This document shows, piece after piece, positions 16,756 through 26,300 of a DNA stretch of 32,000 bases. The translations under genes and the position numbers were made by a program. The notes under the pieces were generated by a model that was not told the DNA's origin, ran no database searches, and saw nothing but the letters and a program-made list of their open reading frames with translations. The stretch spans positions 60,001-92,000 of the forward strand of contig JACPWU010000003.1 of NCBI GenBank assembly GCA_016196885.1, read 5' to 3'. Position 1 is the first letter of the stretch. Every line of letters begins with the position of its first letter. The DNA is from Chlamydiota bacterium. Lineage in GTDB: Bacteria; Auribacterota; JACPWU01.

Positions 16756-16809
16756 TTGCCCAACGGCAACGGGTCGAATCCGAGAACAAGCGGGGACTGC
16801 TGGTTTACA
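16756..16809 (+). repeat. Degenerate third copy (R3) of the gene 1 terminal repeat
   Basis: 16775-16809 matches 15734-15768 at 29/35 positions (cgaatccgagaacaagcggggactgctggtttaca). Similarity in the 20 nt upstream is weaker (about 11/20). Confidence 0.6.
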
Positions 16810-17222
16810 TCTCTCCATTTTAATCTCTTTAATCCTCCTCCTTTAAGCCAGATTTTACAATAGACGCGAGAACTCAAGAGCAAGAGCTTGAGCCAGACAG
16901 GCCTTTGCAGTCCCTGTGGGATTGGCCTGAAGAAAGCGCAGGTATGCATAAAAAGATGCCTGTCGAGCATTTCTGAAGGCCAAGTACCCCAAGATGTTGC
17001 GTCGAATTCCGCGGCCTATTGCAAAATCTGGGTTTAAAGACGAGATCCTTCGTCGCAAAAGAGCTCCTCAGGATGACAAATGAGGGAGGTTCTAGAACGG
17101 ATCTTATTTTTAACTTTCTCTCCTAGAGTAACTTAAATTATTAAAAACTCCTCATTTTTCTTTTGACCTTCTGGCCCTTTCAGATGTCTTTAATGTTGAA
17201 AGCTGTTATAGCAAGGTACCTT

Positions 17223-17330
17223 ATGACAAGTTTCAATGTAAATTATGAAAAATCCTTTCGGAAATTCGTTTCCACTCTCCTTTTAATCACTTTTTCATTT
17301 ACGTATCTTGTTCAAGATACGGGATTTGCA
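17223..17330 (+). other. Signal peptide / signal anchor of gene 2
   Basis: In MTSFNVNYEKSFRKFVSTLLLITFSFTYLVQDTGFA|QE there is a basic n-region, a hydrophobic core and an xFA-Q junction. Confidence 0.55.
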
Positions 17331-20300
17331 CAAGAACTCAATACAGCGTATAGCGTTCAGCGGACAGCGGACAGAAAACCAGCGGATACGATTTCTCCTA
17401 AATCAGCTCTGCTTGAAGTTTCTCATGGTGCAGAGGTTTCCATCCCCGCAAACTTAGGCGATGTCATTGACCGCTATGAAGGCAAAGACGACCGCATGAT
17501 TATTCAGATTCAAGACGTGCACTGCCATTTCGAGGCCCAGTCTAATACCGCTAAAATTATTTCTGACCTTCTCCAGAAACATGGGGATCACGGTCTTAAG
17601 ATGATCGGTCTTGAGGCGGCAGAGGGTTCTGTGGATACAACTCTTTTGACTTCCTATCCTGATAAAAAACTTCGAAAAGTCCTCGCCGAATACCTCATGA
17701 AAAAAGGAAAAATTTCCGGTGCTGAATATCTTTCTATCATTCAAGATAAACCGCTTCCTCTTGAAGGCGTAGAAAACATGTTTCATTATTTTGAACATCT
17801 CTTCCAATTTGACCGAGGGTTGGATGTAAAAGACAAAGCCTTGCCCATTTTGGACAAAATAGAAAAGGCAATTACAGATCTGCGCGAAAAAATTTATTCC
17901 CAAGAAGTGTTGGAAGTTTTGAACAAAGAGAAGTCCTATTTGGAAGGGGATACTCAGATTGATGAGTATGGAAAATATTTGGTAGACCAGGCGTTAACTC
18001 TTAAGCTGGATGTTGGGGGGCAGAAAAATTTTCAAGGCATGATGAAAGTGGCAGATTTAGAAAAGCAAATAGATCTTAAAAAAGTAGAAGAGGAAAGAGT
18101 TCATGTCCTTGAGATTTTAAGCAGAAAGCTCGTGAAAGAAGAGATGGTAGAACTGATGACGAAGAGTTTGTATTACAGACTCGAGAAAATGGATGCGTGG
18201 GAATATTATGAATATTTAAAGACTGTCGTGAGTCCCGCGGGGACTATAAAAACATGTCGTGAGTCGTTAGGGGTGAGTGGTCAGAATTCAACGTTAGAGA
18301 AAACTTATCCCAACCTCTCAAAATATATCCAAATGACTGAAATATTTCACGAGATCAAGAGTGATGAGCTTTTGAAGGAATGTGAAAAGATATCAGAGGA
18401 AGTACAGGATAAGTTGTTAAAGACCAAAGAAGAAAAGGCGCTCAGGCAAATTGAGAAAGACTTTATTATTTTGAGAAACTTTTTTGAATTGGAGATGAAG
18501 AAGAGTGAGTTTCAATATTATGTGGAGAATAAGGAGAGGGTTTCAGCAAAAAACATAGTGGATGGGTTGGAAGAAATCCAGGATCCAGGGTCCAGGGTCC
18601 AGGGTAACTCCCCTCGGTCCCCTCTTAAACTAAGAGGGGAGGAAAAACAAAAACAAGAGCAAACAAAGAGCGCTTTTCCTATTTTAAAAGGGGAGGAAAA
18701 GCAGAGATGGGTAACGTCCCCTCCCCTTAGTTTAAGGGGAGATGGAGGGGTTACAAATGACGACATCACATTCCTCGACTCTCATCTCAAAGACCTCGAA
18801 CAATTCTATCGCTATTCAGACAATCGTGAAGAGGCGATGGTCCAGAACACGCTCCGGAAAATGAAAGAGAACGAGAGCCCGATTGCGATTCTATACGCGG
18901 GAGGATTTCATACGGATGGACTCACGAAGCGCTTGGAAGAAGAGGGCGTGTCTTATGTCGTTGTTGCTCCCAGAATCACACAATTCAAACTCAAGACCCC
19001 GTATTTATCTATTATCAAGAACGAGCCTTCGAAATTAGAGAAAATGTTGATGGATTTGGAGAAGAAAGAAAAGGGGACGATGGCGACTCTACCGTTAGAG
19101 GGAGATCTAAAAACAGAAGTTGCTGCTCTCAGTGGTTTGGAGGCAGATGATCCAGCACGAGTGAATGGAGAGGAAACGATTCGGCTTCAAATAGCAGCTC
19201 TTAGATCGGCTTTGATCGTACGTGGGCTGCTAAATTCCGATATTTCGGCAAATGATATTACTTTCACTCGAGAAGGTGACACCGTCACTATTCTCATTTC
19301 TGGCATTCCCAGATTTCAAATCACCCTGAATTCTGAAAATAAAAATAATCCTGAAAAGTTGGTGGAGAGTATTGTGCCTATTGAAGTTTCTGCTCCGACT
19401 GAGCAAACATCGGAGTGGGTAGGTGGCCCTCTTCGTAGTTTGGACGGAAGTTATCAGGCGTTAGAGAGTGAGGAGATTAAGACGTTGAAAGGTCTTGCAA
19501 GCAAAAAAGGGGGATATGCGATTCCTTCCAGTACGGAAACGTTTGGTGATGACGAGGTGGTTTGTCGCGTGGTGGATTATGATGAAAAGAAGGGAGACCC
19601 TGTTTATGATATTTTTCAGCCGCACAGTATCAAGGCCTACCATTATATGGCGGCAGCCGTTCCAAATTCTGAAAGACCAGGTTTAACAAGAATAGTGGTT
19701 TATGCGTTTCTCCCTCGTAGGCTTGACGAAAGGGAATACGCTTTTCGCAAGAGGCATGAAATTTTAGAATCGCTTTGGGAGTACAAGCTTAAAAAAGAGG
19801 GAATAGCCTACCGGAACCGCCTGGAAAAGAATCCTTCAACTCCTCAACCTCTCTGGATGCAATTAGGCCTTTCTCGGGATGTTGCGGCTCATATCCTCGC
19901 TTGGGGACAGCATGTTCTCGAAGAGGGTTGGGATAATATTGAACAGTGCCCCTTCTTGAAAGAAGAAATTCAAAAATTAAATCTTGCCCAACTTCAGGCC
20001 ATTTATTCTGACGAAACCATTCAAGAGAGAAATCGCATTCATAATCCTTTGAGAAAACATTATCTTTCAGGTTTTAACGATGCCGATTGGCAGCGACTTG
20101 AGACCTTTGAAAATTCTGTGAGGGATTTGGCCAGAAGACTTACTTTTCCTTCAAAGTTGGTTCAGGATTTAGATAATCAGGGAAGGGGTCGAAAAGTTTT
20201 GTGTCTTGGAGCAGGTGGAGACTATCAAGAGGCAAATTTCTTTAGCTCCCGTAATTGTGGTGTGGAAGTGGTCAAAATGAGAGGGGACGCAGAAGGTGAT

Positions 20301-23300
20301 GATAAAGACTTTGAGGTATATGAAGCAGAAACACAAGAAGCAGCCGAGGAACGAATCATTAATGACATCTTAAGAAGGCTTCAATTGGATGAGGGGAAAA
20401 AATATGATGCCATTTATGCCCGTTTGAGTTTGCACCATTTGCCCCAGAAGTATCTTTTGCGGGTGCTCAGAAAAATATCCGACATGCTCGAAGTGGGTGG
20501 AAAGTTCTATTGGGTTGTCAAATCCAAAGACGATGTTCTGTATCAAGGTCGGACTGGCGAACCTGGAGAGGACGGTTTGACTCCTTATAGAGATCAGCCC
20601 TCAGGACAGGAGCTGAAGAGAAGGTTTTTTACGCCTGATGAAATGAAAGCATTGTTAGAAGCGAAAGACGATGCTGAGAAAACCATTTTTGGATTTGAAG
20701 TATCTACAATCAATCCTCGTTTTGAACGCTTGACCAGAAGAACAGCGCCCATCACACAGGACAATCATGAATCAAGTTTGTTGGAAGTAGTGGCGGAAAA
20801 GAAAGAGGATGTAGCCCTTGCTTTGGATGTTCCTGCCCGAGTGGTGCGTGTGGGGGCCAAGCTGTTTGACGGTGAAACAGGGGCACAACCGATCGAGCCA
20901 GATGTTCGCCCGAGCATAAAAGGAGATGTTGTGGATGTAACAGAGCTGTCAGATGAGGAAGGACTGACGGATGAAGCGGTAGGCGCTCGTTCTGTCATGG
21001 CTGGAGAGGGTTGTCTTTCTATACTGGCAGCAGGGGGGAGTTCGCGCATGGCCATTGCCAAAATGCCAGAGCGTTATAAGAAGGATATTGGTGATGCTGA
21101 TATAAATTCAAAGGCATTGGTTCCACTTGGAAGTTATAGAGCAAGGACGATAACCTATTTCGGTGCATTTTTTTATAACATAAAGAGATTGTTTGAGGGT
21201 CTTCAGAAAGAAGCGGAAGGGACAAATATAGAAAATCATTTGGAGGATAATGACATTATGTATCTTACAAATGACACATACGCCCAAGAGCAGGCAAAAC
21301 ATTTAAGGCAAAATGAAAGTTTTGGACTGCAACAAAGAATTTATTCTTATGTTCAGCCCTGGGTCAATAAAATTTATGCCCCGCCTGACCAGATAGGACC
21401 GCTCAGGAAGAATTTGAATAACGAAAAATTTGATGCAGCCAAGAAAAGATCCGAGGAGATTCAAGCCGCTTTTGACAATGGCGATGAAAAAGCGGTGGTG
21501 CATAAAGAAAAAGGTCCTTGGGGTCATGGGGAATACTTGCATCAGATGGTGGTCAGCGGCCGTTTGCTCGATATGTTGGAAAAGAATAAAAAATGGATTT
21601 ATGTGAGAAATATAGACAATAGCGGAGCTAAATTTGACCGGGTTTGGTTGCGTGCCTTGGGTCTGTTCCTGAAAAAGGGTGTGGGTTTTATGCCGGAGGT
21701 ATCACCTCGATCCCCTGGACAAAAGGGGGGGGGATTGCTTGTGGTTGGTGGTAGGCAGGGGATTGGTGAGGACGCGATTATTGCGGCTACGGCCAAGGCA
21801 AAAAATGATTCAACTCTTACCGCAGAAAATTGCTATTGGTTTAACAATGGGGCCGGATTCATGACGCCCTCATTTGTAGCGAGTTTGTATATGAGTGAGG
21901 GGCAGACGATTGATGCGTTTATCCAGGAGCTTCAAGATGCGAACGGGGATGTGGAAAAATTAGAGGCGGTTGCAGAGAGGGGGAGGGGTAAATTCCTAAA
22001 ACTATTTGACGTCAAGCCAACTAAAAATGGAGAAGGGGCGGCTCCATTAGAAACGAATCTATGGACTTCATCCATTGTGGCTCCCGTAGATCAATTGGTT
22101 GAAGCGGTCGGGGTTCGCGGAGTGCGTGCGTTGATAGAAAACGAAGGGATGTTGTTAGCTTATTTTGCCTTATCGTGGGAAGATAAAATAAAGGTTTTAG
22201 AAAAAATTCGATTTTTTTCTGCGAAACAATGGGAACTCCCCGAGGAGACTGTAGAGAAAAATAGACGTCAACTGGAAGAGAATTATAACGAAGCCCTTCG
22301 AGCAAAATGGGGGCAAGAAAAGGTCAACAATCCTGATTTAATGCAACCGCCTCGTCGAACTCTGACGAGGGAAGAGGCCCTGTTGGTATCAGAGACGTAC
22401 GAGGGAAATTTGCAAGTCGCTACAGATATGCTTCGATACATATATGAGGCCCCGTTGGTCACGCCGGGGGTTTTTAGAGAGGCTTTATCAGCGGCTGAAG
22501 CAGGTGCTTCAGTCAGTCCTAATTCAAACGTTTTTGCTGAAGTCAAAAATTTATTGGTTCTAGCTTTAACCGCAGCAGCTTTGTTTGTGGCACCAGGCCC
22601 ACAGGCAAGGGCGGCTCTGCCTTCTGTGGAACCTATAAAATCAGCGCTGGTTCAGAAAGACGGGGGCCAGCGGCCAGCGGCCAGGGAAACACATTTAACT
22701 TTAGCTCAGTTGATTGAAAGAGAAGGGGGGGCTTTAGCGGATTTGAGGCGGACACGGCATGCGGTCTATACCGTCATGGCCAAGACGCCTCAAGAAATGA
22801 AGACAATGGATGAACAGGTTGAGAGAGGTGAAGCCAGTCAACTCCGAGAAGGGGTTTATACAATTTATGGATATACTCCAAGTCAAGAAGGGGTGTTAAA
22901 GGCTCGTGTTGCCCGAGGAGAGGCGAGTGTAGAGTATCGGACGGTTTCGAATCCGCCTGTGTTGAGTCAAGCTGATCAGGCGCTTGCCCGTAGTGTCGAA
23001 GGGCATCTTGCAACGCATCGTCTTTATGAAGCGGACCCAGCTTTCAGAGAAGAAGTGGGTCGAATTTGGAAATCCCTTTCTAGGCAAGATCGACAGATTT
23101 TTGCGGAGCTTCTCTTTGTGCGAAGAGGGGATCGTAGTGCGAAGACAGATGCAGTCATATCTGAATTTGCTGCTGCCTTGGCGAATCCAGATTATTTAAT
23201 GGATAGATTTAAACAATTTGCTTATGCGAGCAGTAAGGCGGCTGGGAAAGTTAAGGGACTAATTTTTGAATTTAAAGGAAGTCCAACACCTGAAAAATCC

Positions 23301-26300
23301 GCGGGTCTTTATCTGAGAGACCGAAGTGATCGGGAGAATGAATGGGGCTTTCGAATGAAAGTAGAAACTTTAGCCGCGAGAGTTGCTGCTGCTCAAACAG
23401 CGGCTCAAGGTCGAGCGGGGGTTAAAGTAGCCGAAGTAAAGCCTTTCGACTGGTTAAAACCTGTGATTGAAGGAAAGAAATATGATGCCGTTGGCGCAGG
23501 GCTTCTTGAAAATGGGGCTCAAAATAATGCAAGTGTCTTGGTCAATGGTCTTCGCAACTTCGTCATGGGAGGGTGGCTTATCGGAATCATTTTTATAGGG
23601 GCGCTCACTAGACTTTTGAAAGCCATGCGTCCTTCAAAACCTTTACTGGGGTCTGAAACCTTGGATTCCCGCTTATCCCGACAAGGGGCTGCTTCGCTGA
23701 AGCCTGCGGGAATGACAAATGTTGGTGCAAGCAGTCCTGTTATCCCCGGATCCCCACTTCCTGTCATCCCCGAAATAGATGGATCCCCGATTATAGATTT
23801 CGGGGACGGATCCAGTCCAGCATCTGTTTCTCAAGTAGCTGAAGTCCGTCCCGTTGTTGAAGTTGTTCGTGTTAATTCCAGCCGTTCTTCCGGTAGACGT
23901 TCTAGGAGCAATGTGATTATTGAGTTGATATATGAATCTGGGCTAGGTTTACATTGGGGCACGACTCTGTATCTGGTTGAAACACGGCTTGAAAGAAGGA
24001 TGCGAGAATTCCAAGAAAGCCAAGGAATGACGGAACTGGCTTTTGCGCAAGCTATTCAGGGAATGGAAAAATGGCAAGTCAAGTGGATAGGACGCCTCTT
24101 TTCAATTTCAGATGTGTATCGCCTGTTCACGTCCGAAAATAGAGCAGCTCTATCAAGTTGGGTGACGGAAAAAAAGTTTGGTACAGATGAAGGTGTTTCA
24201 GCGTATGTTCAAAAAATGCAGGGCATGAAGAAGGAAAAGCAAAGGATTCGAGCCGTTCGATCCAGTTTGCCAGCAGGCTTGGCTGGCATGGTTGAAAGGG
24301 TTGTAGTTGCTGAAGGACGAGGCGGTCGAAATAGCATTGGCCCTTGCGTATATATTAAATTAAGAGCGGGTCTTTTTGAATCTTATTGGATGGTGATCGG
24401 AAATAATCTTGGAAATTTAAGCCCTTATCTTCATCGTTTGGGTTCTCAAAAGACAAGGGCTTATCGCTTGCAAGGGCGAGATCTTGGATTAGGCCAATTC
24501 GGAGATTACATAACCTTCTTTAAAGAACCTGGGTTATTCGAAAGAGTGAGAGATTTTGCTCGGGATTTGTTGCTGAAATTAGATTTATCCACATCTGACC
24601 CCACTGTTGCAGGTCGGGCGGCTCAGCTTGCCGGCACAGCCGCCATCGCCTTTCTCTATGGCGCAACGCAGTCGGGATGTTCAAGGCAAGAGGACGATGT
24701 AAATCTTGAATCTTTAGATGCCTCGCAATTGACCAATTTTGGTGGCGTCAACGTTGCGCAATATGACGATCCCAGTGGTGTTTTTAGAGTGCTTGAAGAA
24801 GAAACTCCTGAAGGTGAAATGCCACAATCGGGCAGTATAAATTCCCATCTTTTTGGGACAGGGTTATATGAATATGAAACAGATCATCCAGATTTATTTG
24901 CGTCTCCTCATGCTGTAATGCAAGCGAGGATTGGTGTTATTGACCTGGATTCGTCAAAGGAAGATGCAGGTTATGGAACGACTGAAGATGAGGCAATAAG
25001 CGGTGGAGGGTCTGCGGGAATGTATTTCAATTTTCAAGACAATTCGTTAGATCAATTAGAGGCTGGGGGATACAAAATCTATATTGCCTTTTCAGCAGAT
25101 GGAAGTCTAACTCACGACGAAGTCGTTCTTAAAGTTGAATTAACGGATAAATATGGTGACACCGTAAAACGGGATGTTAAAACAGGATATATTTATTTAA
25201 GCAACGTCAATTCTGGACTGCAGGGCGCATGGATTGATTTGAGAGAAGCCAGAGATTCTGATGGGAATTTACTGGATTGGGAGCCTTCGGACACTGCGCG
25301 AATAGGTGGAGTGGATGGTGTGCAGGTGGATGTTTTTTTAGGATCTATTAATTTTGCTACTGTGTCTAGCGCTCAGAAAGGGATCGTTATCCGCTGGATT
25401 GGAATTGATAAGAGTCCAATCAATCTTATTTACCCTATAGAAGGAAGTTCTGCGGCTGATTTAAGCATTATTGATGGAGTGAATGAACCTAGCGTTGGTC
25501 CCAACTTAACTTGGGATGAGAAGGGAAGAGCGACTCAAGAGTGGGCTGTTCATTTTTTTGATAGCGATTCAAGTGATGCAGCAAAATACTATGAATGGGA
25601 GATCCCTGAAGATAAAAAGACCTATGATCCGAATGGAACAACCGTTTTTGAAGTTGAAAGTTCTGAGCTTGCAAGTTTCAATGTTGAGGTGAAGGAGTAT
25701 CAGAGAGATGCGGACGGAAATATTTTAACGTCTACGGACGAGGATGGAACAGTAAAGCCTCTGCTTCTTCAAAGCACTGTCTTAAACACTCAAGAGATCA
25801 TGAATGGGAAGTTGGGTTGGTCTTCAGCCAATCCTCGTGTGATCATTGATCATCGTTATCTAGACCATCGAGGTTTAAAATATTGGGATGCGATTACATT
25901 GGTTGTTAAGAAAAACCAAACGACTCAGAACTCTATTACAGTCAATATCCGCGGCATACTTTCTGAGGATCTTTTTCCGATTCAATACAACCTCACAGAG
26001 GACACAGGTGAGGGGGATGAATATACGGTTGACAATAATTATGAAATTGCACCCATTGGAACAGAGGTCACAGTTAGAAGTGTTGTGACTGACCAGTATC
26101 CTCATGGAAGTCACACCCTCACTCGAGAAATGATCATGGAAGGAATTATCAATCCAGATGATTATGGTGCAGAGTCCTTTGTCTTTTCCGCAACCAAAGG
26201 AAAAGAAGATTTTCTATACGATCCGAGTGGGACGGTTGACGTTGGAGTGAATGATATTGATAACACACTTACGGGTTTTACAGTGGAGTATCAAATCACG

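Larger units (their letters stand above)
17496..18977 (+). other. Tiki/ChaN/TraB-GumN superfamily-like region (by-eye match)
   Basis: The N-motif is MIIQIQDVHCHFEAQSNTAKIISDLLQKHGDHGLKMIGLEAAEG. The C-motif is NREEAMVQNTLRKMKENESPIAILYAGGFHTDGLTKRLEEEGVSYVVV. Together they resemble the GE.H...Q / ERN...VGAGHL.G...L...GY layout of this superfamily. Confidence 0.35.

Noticed and set aside
14957-16809. Integron gene-cassette array, reading R1/R2/R3 as attC sites.
   Set aside because: The window has no intI. The repeats are direct copies of a gene end rather than imperfect palindromes, and the GTTTACG in the repeat does not fit the GTTRRRY core.
16855-17058. A 67-codon minus-strand ORF (…NPDFAIGRGIRRNILGYLAFRNARQASFYAYLRFLQANPTGTAKACL…) between R3 and gene 2. 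It could be a remnant of a third cassette gene.
   Set aside because: It has a non-ATG start, no RBS and no family motif I can name. It may be a decayed gene fragment, but that cannot be supported from sequence alone.
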